A stretch of DNA of 26,680 bases, taken from positions 1-26,680 of the IMG/VR virus record IMGVR_UViG_3300038318_000053; one strand, given 5' to 3'. The notes under the pieces are model-generated. The model did no database searches. It was not told the DNA's origin and saw only the letters and a list, made by a program, of their open reading frames with translations. Made by a program: the position numbers and the translations under genes. Positions 9,107-18,813 of this stretch are shown here, in pieces. The stretch is from a virus (lineage: Duplodnaviria > Caudoviricetes). How positions within the stretch are numbered: the stretch's first letter is position 1; the number at the start of each line of letters is the position of its first letter.

Positions 9107-9652
9107 ATGGCAAATTGCGTTTTAGTTCCTAGCAAAATTACAGCTATGGATGTTGATGCTTACAATGAAAGAGGAATTTATACCGCCGCAGTTAACAACG
9201 GCACACCGTTAGTCCGTGGTGCTCTTTCGACAACAAGTGGACAAGGTGAGGTATTTAGTGTTACCCCTGCATCCGCTATAGCGGCAGACCTTTGGATGGC
9301 TTATTCGCCTGAGGTTGTTACAACTGTAGACGGAAGTCTTGCATTTAAGGGGTTAGATGTAAATCCACAGGATTTTACAAATGTAGCTAATGTACCTTTT
9401 GATATGTTCAAGCCTAATGCTGGTGTAGATATTATTCAAGTTACTGGTGATTTCTTCTCAGCAACTCCAGCCGCAGGTGCGACATACGTAGAGCTTGATT
9501 CTTCGGGTGCTTTCGTAGCTAAAAGTGCCGCTACAACTGGTTATACTGGATTAGGATTTAGCATTATAGGTTCTGCTCCTGTTACTATTGCTAATGGTGC
9601 GCTTGGCGGTGAGCAAGTTACTGCTTACTACTTACTTTGCACACAGAACTAG
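9107..9652 (+). CDS. Putative head decoration / minor capsid protein
   Basis: 181 aa, Ala/Gly/Thr-rich, strong SD, directly upstream of the major capsid gene. Confidence 0.6.
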   Translation: MANCVLVPSKITAMDVDAYNERGIYTAAVNNGTPLVRGALSTTSGQGEVFSVTPASAIAADLWMAYSPEVVTTVDGSLAFKGLDVNPQDFTNVANVPFDMFKPNAGVDIIQVTGDFFSATPAAGATYVELDSSGAFVAKSAATTGYTGLGFSIIGSAPVTIANGALGGEQVTAYYLLCTQN

Positions 9653-9688
9653 TTTAAAAAATAAATAGAAAAGGAGATAAATAAAGTT

Positions 9689-10786
9689 ATGAATAAAATG
9701 TTACCTAATTTAACTGCGTTTTCCGCTGGCAACGAAAAGCCTTATGAGCAAATGAGAGATTATTTCTTCCATTACATGAGTGCTAAGAACGGAAAGAAAT
9801 ACGGAGATTTTGATGCTTCTGTTTCACTTGACGTAAAAGAAAAGAAAATGCATGATGCTCTTATGTCCGAAATTGCAAGGGTTTCGGGACAACCAATAAG
9901 AGAGGATATGGATATGGCACATTTCTCAATGAACCCAATGATTAAGTGGGCTTCGTTCGCAGTAATTGATGCTATGATTGATGCTATCCTTCCTGAGACT
10001 ATTATTGACTCTATTGGAGTTTATACAGATATTAGACCAGTGGGATTTGGAGACTCTGCTTCGTTTAGAATTGAGCCTAGAAGTCTTTATACAGTATCGC
10101 AAGGAGCAAACGCTCAAAGAACTGGATTTATTCATAAGCAGTTCGCAACGACTAAAACAATGGTAGCTGTAAACCACACTATTACAGTTGAGGTTTCGCT
10201 TTATGCTGTTCTTGCTGGACAAGAAGATATTGGTAGATTCGTAAGAAAGGCTATCATATCTCTTGAGACACAAATGACGCTTGATGCATATAATGCACTC
10301 AATGCTGGTCTCACTGCGGCAAGTGTACCTGCGGCTCTTACTCAGTCGGGATATACACAAGATGGGCTTCTGAAGCTCTGTAACACCGTTACAGCTTACA
10401 ATCAGGGAGCGAAAGCTGTTATTGTTGGTACTGTAAGCGCATTATCTAATGTCCTTCCTAACCAAGCAAGTGGTTTCAGAATTTTAACTGATTCGGATGC
10501 AATGAACATTCAAGTAATTAAGAATTTCTTTGATTATGATGTTCTTGTACTTCCGCAGGTTGCTACTGGTGCGGCTGACTATGGTCTTGCATTAGATGAC
10601 AAGAAGATTTATGTAGTGTCGCCTACTAGCGATAAGTTAATTAAAGGTGTGGTTGAAGGCGGGACGCTCACAAATTCTAATGATTTTTATGAGAACGCCA
10701 ACCTTACTCAGAACGCTACTCTTAATAAGAGATGGAATTTTGAGTGGGTATCAAACGCAACTGCGGGACTTGTTCAGCTCGCATAG
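9689..10786 (+). CDS. Major capsid protein
   Basis: 365 aa, strong SD, position after protease/scaffold and decoration genes, followed by a long hairpin. Confidence 0.8.
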   Translation: MNKMLPNLTAFSAGNEKPYEQMRDYFFHYMSAKNGKKYGDFDASVSLDVKEKKMHDALMSEIARVSGQPIREDMDMAHFSMNPMIKWASFAVIDAMIDAILPETIIDSIGVYTDIRPVGFGDSASFRIEPRSLYTVSQGANAQRTGFIHKQFATTKTMVAVNHTITVEVSLYAVLAGQEDIGRFVRKAIISLETQMTLDAYNALNAGLTAASVPAALTQSGYTQDGLLKLCNTVTAYNQGAKAVIVGTVSALSNVLPNQASGFRILTDSDAMNIQVIKNFFDYDVLVLPQVATGAADYGLALDDKKIYVVSPTSDKLIKGVVEGGTLTNSNDFYENANLTQNATLNKRWNFEWVSNATAGLVQLA

Positions 10787-10807
10787 TTGTAAGATAAAAT
10801 GTATATT

Positions 10808-10841
10808 ATATGCCCTCGAAGATTATTCTTTGAGGGCATAT
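10808..10841 (+). terminator. Stem-loop after the capsid gene (attenuator or mRNA stabiliser; weak U-tract)
   Basis: ATATGCCCTCGAAGA(10808-10822)/TCTTTGAGGGCATAT(10827-10841), loop TTAT. Confidence 0.65.
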
Positions 10842-10873
10842 TAATATAAAAAGGATTAAAAGGAGAATAATAA

Positions 10874-11524
10874 ATGGCAACAAATAAAACAAAAGCTCAA
10901 TTAGAGAGCGAAGTAAAAGATAAAAGTAAGGAAATCCGAGATTTAAAAAAATCAATTAGTAATGTAGAACAGCAAATGGAAGAAATGCGTAATATGGTGT
11001 CGCAATTTAATCAATCTGCTAATACGACAACTTCTACTAATGCCAAAGGCAAGATTGACGCCGATGAAGAGATTGCGGTAATTTCTTTGACACCAAATAT
11101 GGTGTATCTTACTACAGAAGGTATGGGGCAAGGAGAAGTGTTTGAGTTTGAAAAGTATGGGGATATTATAGATATTCCTATGGGAGACTTAAAGGCATTA
11201 GTGTCTCATAATAAATCATTTTTCCAACAAGGTGTAGTTTTTATTCAAAACGAAGCGGCTGTCAAGCAATTAAGGCTGAAGAAATATTATGAAACAATTC
11301 TTTCAGATGATGTGTTGTCTAATATTTTAGAGCAACCATCTGCAAAAGTTATTGAGATTTATAAGATGGCTTCAAAAGCACAGCAAGAGAACATCGTAAA
11401 GATGATTACTGAAAAGAAATATAATCATCAATCAGTAGACGCAAATGTGCTTAAGGAAATTGGCGATTTATGTGGTAGAAATTTAATTGATTTGGAAAAT
11501 CCTATGGATATAACTATTGAATAA
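10874..11524 (+). CDS. Hypothetical head-module protein with N-terminal coiled coil
   Basis: 216 aa, SD AAAGGAG, position between capsid and connector genes. Confidence 0.7.
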   Translation: MATNKTKAQLESEVKDKSKEIRDLKKSISNVEQQMEEMRNMVSQFNQSANTTTSTNAKGKIDADEEIAVISLTPNMVYLTTEGMGQGEVFEFEKYGDIIDIPMGDLKALVSHNKSFFQQGVVFIQNEAAVKQLRLKKYYETILSDDVLSNILEQPSAKVIEIYKMASKAQQENIVKMITEKKYNHQSVDANVLKEIGDLCGRNLIDLENPMDITIE

Positions 11525-11544
11525 TGGAAAAGGAGGTGCTGTTA

Positions 11545-11991
11545 ATGGCTACGTCTTTTGAAGTTGTATATGATAGAGCATTGACAACTATAGTAGATTA
11601 TAAATTAAACGCTTTAGCTCAAAGTGATTATAATAGTTTTCTTTTATATCTACAAGGTATTTTAGTAAGGGCAATACCCGATTTTAATGAGTGTCTTACT
11701 GATTTAAGTTATGATGTAACCTTAGAGACTCCTTCCTTTACAAACAACTTGTCGAATAAAGAAATAAATATTTTGGCAGAGATTATGGTGTATGATTGGT
11801 TTTCGGGAAAAATAAACGATGTGACACAGTTTCAGGGGCATTTAAACAATAAAGAGTTTAAGGTTCACTCTGAGGCACAGAATTTAAAAGAAAAATCGGA
11901 GTACCTTGATAGATTGCGTGAAAAATATCGGCAAGATATAACTGATTATCAACTTATTAATATTTCTAGCATATCTTACTTTAATGTATAG
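11545..11991 (+). CDS. Putative head-tail connector/adaptor
   Basis: Start moved to ATG 11545 (SD AAAGGAGGTG; MATSFEVVYDRAL); helical, ~148 aa; synteny. Confidence 0.6.
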   Translation: MATSFEVVYDRALTTIVDYKLNALAQSDYNSFLLYLQGILVRAIPDFNECLTDLSYDVTLETPSFTNNLSNKEINILAEIMVYDWFSGKINDVTQFQGHLNNKEFKVHSEAQNLKEKSEYLDRLREKYRQDITDYQLINISSISYFNV

Positions 11992-12007
11992 GAAGTTGGT
12001 GGAATAG

Positions 12008-12340
12008 TTGATAAAAGATAAATTAATCAATGAAACCTATAAGGTCTTGTGTGTATATGAAAGTTACGAAAAGGGACTTGTTACTTTTGAGAATTATAAA
12101 TGTTGTTTAAGAAGAGTTATAATTATGTTATCGGGGGTTACATCATGTGATGTGGTTTTAAATAGTATAATCGAATTAAATGGGTTGCGTATTTTGGATA
12201 ATACTGTAACACATAAAGATGTAAAACAAATAGTATTACACATTACGAATGAGATTAAGAGAAATTTAGATGATAATATATCATTGAATTTTGAAGATAT
12301 ACGAAGGGAGGAATTGTTAGATGCTAACATATTACTCTAA
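12008..12340 (+). CDS. Hypothetical protein
   Basis: 110-aa ORF with TTG start and GGTGG SD, fills the gap in the operon. Confidence 0.6.
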   Translation: MIKDKLINETYKVLCVYESYEKGLVTFENYKCCLRRVIIMLSGVTSCDVVLNSIIELNGLRILDNTVTHKDVKQIVLHITNEIKRNLDDNISLNFEDIRREELLDANILL

Positions 12341-13568
12341 TTATTTACAAAACCTTTCTGAATCTTCATCGAGTTCATATACAGATTTGTTACAGGCTAC
12401 TATTAATGACCAATGGGATAATACAACTCAAGTTATAAAGGTAAAAGAACAGTCACAAGTTGGTTCAAGTGTTTACAATAGTGTGGTGGTTCGTGTAGAT
12501 TATGCTATTGATATGGGAACAGGCTATAAACAAGATGATGACCATAAATTGTTTGCATTTCAAGATTTAACACATAATGTAGCAAAGGGCAGATTATATC
12601 AATATGATGATGATTACTGGATAACAATTAATACATCTGAGGTCGGTTCTATATCTAAGGATATTAATGTGCGTAGATGCACAAATATGATGCGATGGAT
12701 AGACCCGCAGACTGGATATTTAAACGAAGAACCGTGTGTAATTGAATATGTATTAGAATCGCCCAATGCTTTAAAAAACAAAGAGATTGTGGTTGCAAAT
12801 GGTCACATCTCGATACTGTGTCAAGGAAATTTAGTAACGAGAAATATACCTAAAAATACTAGATTTTTATTTAATGGACAACCGTTTAAGCTTTTAGCAA
12901 CTCAAAATATGTTAGATGAGGGAATTACAGAAAACCAAAATTCTGATTTATTGTATATAGATATGTATTTAGATATGATTGAGCCCGATGATGACTTGAC
13001 AAATAATATAGCTAATGCAAGCCAATATCAATACACAATAAATACGTATTGCTCAATAAATGAGCAAGTAAGTGGGTTCAGCGGTGTAGCGTATTCTACC
13101 GTCACATTAAATGGAAACGCTGTAAATAGGAATATTAATTATTCGGGGAATAGTAATGTAACCGTTAATACAACGACTGGAGCGTATACTCTGACTGGTG
13201 CTGTTGGTACGGTTGCAACTATTACAGCGAATATAGTGGGTAACCCTAATTTAACAAGTAGTATTAATATAAATATTGTTCAGTCAATAACAGATAGTTA
13301 TGAAATGGTGGTATCGCCGTTGTATGATGTCGTTAAAGTGGGACAGAGTATTACGTTCACAGCGAATGAGTATAAAAATGGCGTTGTGCAATCTACACCT
13401 TGTCAGTATTCAGTGGATGGGTTAGCACTATCTGCGTACACTTTAGCACAAACTAATAATAGTTTTATTATCACACCAAACACATTTAGTTCAATACCAA
13501 TATCTCTCACGTTATATACTCAAAATTGCACAAAGACCGTTCAAATATATTGTAAATCGGCATTTTAA
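12321..13568 (+). CDS. Putative head-closure/neck protein with C-terminal Ig-like beta domains
   Basis: SD GGGAGG; N-terminal beta-rich region; C-terminal Thr/Val/Asn-rich segments (GTVATITANI, VKVGQSITFTA) resembling Ig-like folds. Confidence 0.55.
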   Translation: MLTYYSNYLQNLSESSSSSYTDLLQATINDQWDNTTQVIKVKEQSQVGSSVYNSVVVRVDYAIDMGTGYKQDDDHKLFAFQDLTHNVAKGRLYQYDDDYWITINTSEVGSISKDINVRRCTNMMRWIDPQTGYLNEEPCVIEYVLESPNALKNKEIVVANGHISILCQGNLVTRNIPKNTRFLFNGQPFKLLATQNMLDEGITENQNSDLLYIDMYLDMIEPDDDLTNNIANASQYQYTINTYCSINEQVSGFSGVAYSTVTLNGNAVNRNINYSGNSNVTVNTTTGAYTLTGAVGTVATITANIVGNPNLTSSININIVQSITDSYEMVVSPLYDVVKVGQSITFTANEYKNGVVQSTPCQYSVDGLALSAYTLAQTNNSFIITPNTFSSIPISLTLYTQNCTKTVQIYCKSAF

Positions 13569-13573
13569 GGAGG

Positions 13574-14161
13574 GTGAATATGAATAATTTTACGCCAACG
13601 ACATTTAATAAATTTGAATCACTCCCCTATATCCCTTATAAAATAGCGGTAAAATTATTAGAAAATGATAATTTATTCAAGCTATTAAAATATAACAGCT
13701 ATGAATGTCTTTCTGAACCGAATTTAACGATGGAAGAAAAGGCAAACATGATATGGAAAGACCAAGCAAATATGGCTGATTTCTATGTATATCTTACTAA
13801 TGTTGAGCCTGATGAATTAATAAATTCTAAGACGATACTAAAAATATATAAATATGATAATAACCCAATTACTCCAATGATGTCTACTATTTCATATAGA
13901 TTAGATATTCTTTGTGGGACAAAAAACGCTCTTGTTGATTATAACGAAGTGCCTTGCCCTAGATTAGATGTAATTGAAATGGAGATTTTAAAATCTCTCA
14001 ATGGCGAAGATGTTGCTGGAGCTGGTTATTTACAATTTAATCATGAATTGTCAAGGTCTTGTAGGTCTATGATGACTATTGGTAATAACTATACGTTTAC
14101 TGGCACAACTATGGTTATGGCAACACAATTAAGTGTAGACCCTTATGATAGTGGGTGTTAG
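13574..14161 (+). CDS. Putative tail terminator/completion protein
   Basis: SD AAGGAGG (true start may be ATG 13580); size and position upstream of the tail tube gene. Confidence 0.5.
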   Translation: MNMNNFTPTTFNKFESLPYIPYKIAVKLLENDNLFKLLKYNSYECLSEPNLTMEEKANMIWKDQANMADFYVYLTNVEPDELINSKTILKIYKYDNNPITPMMSTISYRLDILCGTKNALVDYNEVPCPRLDVIEMEILKSLNGEDVAGAGYLQFNHELSRSCRSMMTIGNNYTFTGTTMVMATQLSVDPYDSGC

Positions 14162-14164
14162 CGT

Positions 14165-15010
14165 ATGGAGGATGTACGGAAATTTATAGAGCCATACGTG
14201 GCATTTGATAAACCTGTCGAATATGAGGGGTTTAAAATTTATCCTATAAAAGCTAAGGATTACTACGATTTCGTCAATAATTATATTGTTTTAAAAATGG
14301 AAAAGAATAAAGTTCCTGATGTAAAAATTATACAAATGAGTTATTTAGAATATTTATTTAGAATAATTTGTGAAGATGAAAGTGCTAAAAATGCGTTTTT
14401 AGTAGTATTGAGATTGTCTTTTGGTATTGAATTTTCTCAAAAGAAAATGATGCCATATAACGACCCTATTACTAACGAAGCGTTTCATAAGGGGGCATTT
14501 TTACAATTAGTCAATAAAAATAGCGATATTGCACGATATTATATAAATGGATATGGAGTGCAATTTGTAATTGAGGGAAACAGAGTTTATTTATTGTTAT
14601 TTGGCAAAAGGATTTCAGCATCGCAGTTTGATGAAATAATTAGAATTATATTTTATCAAAATGATTACTCTTATGATGATTCACCTATGAGTGCGGATTT
14701 CAAGCGAGTGGTGGACGAATATTATTCTCTTAAAAATAAGGGGCTAGTGTCGCCAACTATCGAAGATAAAATGATAGATATTATGAGTCAAACAGGATTG
14801 ACAAAAGAAAAATTATGTGAAATGCCAATACGAACTATAGATAAACTTTTGGTTACAATACAAGATGCAATAAATTATCGAATCTCTCATACGTATAATA
14901 TATTAAGTACAGAAAAGAATGATATAGACGATTGGGTAGTTAAGAAAAAGAAAGAAAGATATTCTGAAGTATTTTCTAGTACGGACGAAATAGAAAGTAA
15001 GTTTAAATAA
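14165..15010 (+). CDS. Hypothetical tail-module protein (possible assembly chaperone)
   Basis: 281 aa, charged, not structural in composition; directly upstream of the tail tube gene. Confidence 0.55.
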   Translation: MEDVRKFIEPYVAFDKPVEYEGFKIYPIKAKDYYDFVNNYIVLKMEKNKVPDVKIIQMSYLEYLFRIICEDESAKNAFLVVLRLSFGIEFSQKKMMPYNDPITNEAFHKGAFLQLVNKNSDIARYYINGYGVQFVIEGNRVYLLLFGKRISASQFDEIIRIIFYQNDYSYDDSPMSADFKRVVDEYYSLKNKGLVSPTIEDKMIDIMSQTGLTKEKLCEMPIRTIDKLLVTIQDAINYRISHTYNILSTEKNDIDDWVVKKKKERYSEVFSSTDEIESKFK

Positions 15011-15027
15011 TTTTTAAGGAGGAGACT

Positions 15028-16098
15028 ATGCAAAAATATATTTTAGCAGGTGTGGGAACTGTTCTCGGTTTTGATAGAACGGCTAACAGCAATTTGTTAT
15101 TTAATGCTCACACTTTAACAGAATCTTCAGTAACCACTGAAGTTACAGCAGAGGATATTCGAGGAGGATTAAGCAATCCTATACTCGGAAAATATTTCCA
15201 TAACTCCATGATGAACTGCACTATCACAGATGCGCTGTTTAATTTACAGTATCTTGCTCTGAATGTTGGTGGAGATATTACGATTGGTGGAGACAGTATT
15301 GCAAGCGAAACAGTTACAACGTCTGTTGCTAACCAAATTACAGTGACAGGAACTCCTGCCGCCTTCGGCACTGCTGGAACGGTTGGTTGGTATTCGTTAG
15401 CTGGAAAGGACGATTGGTCAACAATTACATTTACAGGGAAAAATGCACCTGTGACAAATCTTCCGCAAGGAACAGAGGTATGTGTTAAGTACAATTCAGA
15501 TGATACATCAATGTCATCATTTGTTGTTTCTTCTAACATCATTCCTTCTGAAATTCATCTTCAGATGATTTTCCCACTATTTTCGGCTGGGCAAACAACA
15601 TTTACAAGTTCATATCAAGTTGGAGAATTGATTGTTGATATTCCAAGATTCTTATTGAATGGTGGATTTGACCTCAAGCTTACATCTTCGGGTGCGGCAA
15701 CAACTGCTTTGAGTGGTTCTGCATTAGTATCTTATGAGACAGCTAGTTGTAGTGATATGGGGCAGTATGGTAGAGTAATGGAGAAGATTTCGGGTGCAAC
15801 ATGGTACGATGGGCTCGATACTATTGCTGTTGATAATGCCGATATTCAGCTTGCAACAAGTGAAACACAAACACTCAAGCTGTGGGGCGTTTATAATAAT
15901 GGAACGGCTATGAGTACACAGCCATTAGACAATACCCTTATGACATATACAGTTACGCCATCAAACGTTGCGACAGTATCAAATGCTGGTGTTGTAACAG
16001 CTACGGCAACTGGAAGTGCTTCAATTAAGGTTGTAGCTACCGATACCGCAAGTTCTTCAAATCCTATTGAGGGTTATGCAAGCGTAACAGTATCTTAA
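15028..16098 (+). CDS. Major tail tube protein with C-terminal Ig-like (Big_2-type) domain
   Basis: SD AAGGAGG; EDIRGGLSNPILG motif; C-terminus NVATVSNAGVVTATATGSASIKV matches the Big_2 pattern; followed by a terminator. Confidence 0.78.
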   Translation: MQKYILAGVGTVLGFDRTANSNLLFNAHTLTESSVTTEVTAEDIRGGLSNPILGKYFHNSMMNCTITDALFNLQYLALNVGGDITIGGDSIASETVTTSVANQITVTGTPAAFGTAGTVGWYSLAGKDDWSTITFTGKNAPVTNLPQGTEVCVKYNSDDTSMSSFVVSSNIIPSEIHLQMIFPLFSAGQTTFTSSYQVGELIVDIPRFLLNGGFDLKLTSSGAATTALSGSALVSYETASCSDMGQYGRVMEKISGATWYDGLDTIAVDNADIQLATSETQTLKLWGVYNNGTAMSTQPLDNTLMTYTVTPSNVATVSNAGVVTATATGSASIKVVATDTASSSNPIEGYASVTVS

Positions 16099-16109
16099 TT
16101 TAATCTATT

Positions 16110-16147
16110 AAAAAGGGGGATGGGATTTTTCTATCTCTCTTTTTTTT
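16110..16147 (+). terminator. Rho-independent terminator
   Basis: GGGGGATGGGA/TTCTATCTCTC stem (several G-U pairs) followed by 8 T; A-run upstream. Confidence 0.7.
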
Positions 16148-16168
16148 AATCAAAGGAGTGCGTGTTAA

Positions 16169-16552
16169 ATGTTTTGTGAATATTGCAAAGTGGCGAGTTA
16201 TAAAGATTTATGCCAGTGTAAAATAACAGGCAAACCTTGTGGATTTGTTCGTAGGTGTTTACATGACAAATGTTGGAAGCCGTTAGATTATATGACATAT
16301 TGTAAAATAAGGAAAGAGGGTGTTATTGTGCCTAAAGGTAAGAATAGAGTTAGATTCGAAATGAGGGGTATACTATATGTAGATGTTGATGATTTTACAT
16401 ATGAAATTAAAAACCCTTATGATTATACTCCTAATTATGTAGAGGTTACTAAAGTTGGCGGCGAATATTATATAAAAGGATTTGAGCCAAAGAAAAAGAG
16501 TGATGTTGCTAAAGATAGCGACAAGACCAAAGATGAAAAGGAAAAGGAATGA
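16169..16552 (+). CDS. Hypothetical protein with Cys-rich N-terminus
   Basis: SD AAAGGAG; eight Cys in the first 45 aa; ATGA overlap with mazF. Confidence 0.7.
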   Translation: MFCEYCKVASYKDLCQCKITGKPCGFVRRCLHDKCWKPLDYMTYCKIRKEGVIVPKGKNRVRFEMRGILYVDVDDFTYEIKNPYDYTPNYVEVTKVGGEYYIKGFEPKKKSDVAKDSDKTKDEKEKE

Positions 16553-16923
16553 AACGCTTTGTAAATCAATGGTGCGTTTATAATGTAGATTTGGGCGAAC
16601 CTAATGGGTCAGTGCAAGGCGGTGTTCGCCCTTGTCTAATCGTTCAAAATGCTATAGGTAATTCATATAGCCCAACAACAGTATGCGTACCTATTACTCA
16701 TCAGCAAAACAAATCCAATATTCCTCCGCATTATACATTGTATAAATCGGAATATCCGTTTTTTAATTATAATACCAATGTATTATTGTGTGAGCAAATT
16801 GTGACGATTGACGTACATAATCAAGTATTACAGTATATGGGCAAAATAAAAGATAATGATAAAGAGCCTATATTGAATACTATTAATAAGAATTTCATTT
16901 TAAAGGATGAAAGGAGCAAATGA
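16549..16923 (+). CDS. mazF: MazF/PemK-family endoribonuclease
   Basis: VDLGEPNGSVQGGVRPCLIVQNAIGNSYSPTTVCVPIT and LCEQIVTID closely match the Bacillus EndoA/MazF signature, with catalytic Arg (RP) and Thr present. Confidence 0.92.
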   Translation: MKRFVNQWCVYNVDLGEPNGSVQGGVRPCLIVQNAIGNSYSPTTVCVPITHQQNKSNIPPHYTLYKSEYPFFNYNTNVLLCEQIVTIDVHNQVLQYMGKIKDNDKEPILNTINKNFILKDERSK

Positions 16924-17366
16924 TGAAAGAAATAACAATGGCTAAAGATATTCACGATAGTGAATATGATGTGGATATAAGACCGTATATAACCAAGAGC
17001 GAGAAAACACAAATCGTTGAAGGTATGCTTGGCATGGAAGATTATTTTGATAGAGAGCTTTATTTAGACTCTGCGTTACTTGAACTTTGTGCTGGAATAA
17101 AAGAATCGGTAGATTACGACACATATAAATCTTCGGGATTTATTCTCATGGTTAGGGATTATGTAACGGATGATATTCAAGAAATTTATGACGCTATAAA
17201 GTATTATGAGAGCGTTGAAATGTCAGTTAAACAAACATTAGGTAAAATGACTGATGTTATGGAAAAGACCTCTAAATCACTTCCAAGTAAGGCAAAAACA
17301 AACAAGATGATTGATGTGCTTTTAGCTAAGGGCGAAGAATTAATGGGTGAGAAACCTCAAGAGTAG
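16920..17366 (+). CDS. Hypothetical protein, possible tail assembly chaperone
   Basis: 148 aa, acidic and helical, SD AAAGGAG, between tail tube and TMP. Confidence 0.5.
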   Translation: MMKEITMAKDIHDSEYDVDIRPYITKSEKTQIVEGMLGMEDYFDRELYLDSALLELCAGIKESVDYDTYKSSGFILMVRDYVTDDIQEIYDAIKYYESVEMSVKQTLGKMTDVMEKTSKSLPSKAKTNKMIDVLLAKGEELMGEKPQE

Positions 17367-17377
17367 AGGTGATATAA

Positions 17378-17833
17378 ATGGCTACAGAAATAAGAACTGA
17401 AGCCCAATTAAACAAAGTGTTGGGTACAATTACTTTAAGTGTATTAGATGATGTTTTGGAAAATATGAGAAATGCCTTGGAAAATTGTATAGAGGAAGAG
17501 GTGTATTCTACTTATGAGCCAATGTATTATGAAAGAACATACGATTTTCGTATGGCTTGGGAAGTGGAAAAAGCCAAAATTGTTGGTGCGGCTATGAGCG
17601 GAGAAATAGAATTTAATCCTGATTTATTAGATGTTGACGAAACTTATTTTCAACATACTCAAGCTGAGAAATTGGCTGAATTGGTATATAATGGATATGC
17701 TCCAAATTGGACTAACGCTGTAAATAGCACCCCAGCACGAAATTATTGGAATCCATTTATAACAATAGTCAATGAAAATTTTAGAAATTGGGTAAAAGAA
17801 GGATATATAAAAAGAGGATTGGTGGTTCTTTAA
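17378..17833 (+). CDS. Putative neck/tail completion protein
   Basis: SD GAGGTGA; EEVYSTYEPMYYERT...PARNY pattern loosely like HK97 gp10-type proteins. Confidence 0.45.
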   Translation: MATEIRTEAQLNKVLGTITLSVLDDVLENMRNALENCIEEEVYSTYEPMYYERTYDFRMAWEVEKAKIVGAAMSGEIEFNPDLLDVDETYFQHTQAEKLAELVYNGYAPNWTNAVNSTPARNYWNPFITIVNENFRNWVKEGYIKRGLVVL

Positions 17834-18375
17834 TGTGTGAACAAATTGTACTGTCTTTAGACATGTCTACAACGTGTACTGGGTGGGCATTATTTAAGGA
17901 AAAAGAGTTAATTGATTACGGAAAGATTACGCCAAATAAAAGCGATGAATGGCAAGACCGATTACAAGAAATAACTTTTGAAATAAAATCGGTAGTTGAG
18001 CATTACAACCCAACTAAAATTGTTGCTGAAGATGTACCATTAAAGCGAAGCGGTGGTATGAAAACATTGGTTATGTTAGGAGCTGTTCAGGGTGCTTTGT
18101 TGGCAATATGCGGAACATATGACATTGAATATCAATTAGTCCCTGTTGCCACATGGAGACGCAAAGTTGAGTTATTTGATGGGACAGAAAAAGGAAAGGA
18201 AAGAAGTGTTTTAAAACAACATTCTATAGAATTGGCGAATAAACTATTTGACTTATCGTTGGTTTATAAAAGTCCTACAAGTAAATTTAACGATGATGAT
18301 ATTAGCGATGCTGTTCTAGTGGGTTATTCCACTTTCTTAAAGGATAAACGGTTAGGTAAAAAGATAGATATATAA
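17833..18375 (+). CDS. RuvC-like Holliday junction resolvase
   Basis: VLSLDMSTTCTGWALF, KIVAEDV, VPVATWRR and DDDISDAVLVG give the D-E-D-D RNase H-fold catalytic set; start ATG 17833 overlaps the upstream TAA. Confidence 0.85.
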   Translation: MCEQIVLSLDMSTTCTGWALFKEKELIDYGKITPNKSDEWQDRLQEITFEIKSVVEHYNPTKIVAEDVPLKRSGGMKTLVMLGAVQGALLAICGTYDIEYQLVPVATWRRKVELFDGTEKGKERSVLKQHSIELANKLFDLSLVYKSPTSKFNDDDISDAVLVGYSTFLKDKRLGKKIDI

Positions 18376-18402
18376 CCTTGTAAATAAGAAAGGAGGAAAT
18401 AT

Positions 18403-18813
18403 ATGGCAGGTAGTACATTTTCCGTACTGGTTGATGCTCACCTTAATACTGCAACTTTGAGAGCTGATTTAGAATCTATGAGCAAAACTGGAACTCTAAG
18501 TGTTGATATGACGCAAGCTCAAAAGGGCGTAAACACTATGAGTGAGTCTATAAGTGGTACTCAAAAAAAAGTAAAAGGTTTAAGTGGAGTATTAAAAGAT
18601 TTTGGTACAACCGTAGGGAAAGTATTTAAGTTTGCGGCGGCTACTGCGGCTATTGGTGCTGTTACGACCGCTGTATATAGTGCTGGTCAAGCAATAAAGG
18701 AATATGATGCGGCACTTATAGATTATCAGAAAGTTTCTGATTTGAGTGGTGAATCATTAAATAAGTATGCTAAACATTTGGGCGAATTGGGTTCAAGTGT
18801 GGCGAGGACTCGT
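18403..18813 (+). CDS. tmp: TMP exon 1 (411 nt)
   Basis: SD AAAGGAGG; ends ACT CGT; YDAALIDYQKVSD motif. Confidence 0.9.

Noticed and set aside
406-16923. Avoidance of the EndoA/MazF site UACAU in phage mRNA
   Set aside because: TACAT occurs several times in the first kilobase alone, and this enzyme's specificity is unknown; a real test needs k-mer statistics.
16920-17833. Programmed -1 frameshift of a tail assembly chaperone pair
   Set aside because: No clear slippery heptamer near the end of 16920-17366, and the next ORF has its own SD and ATG.
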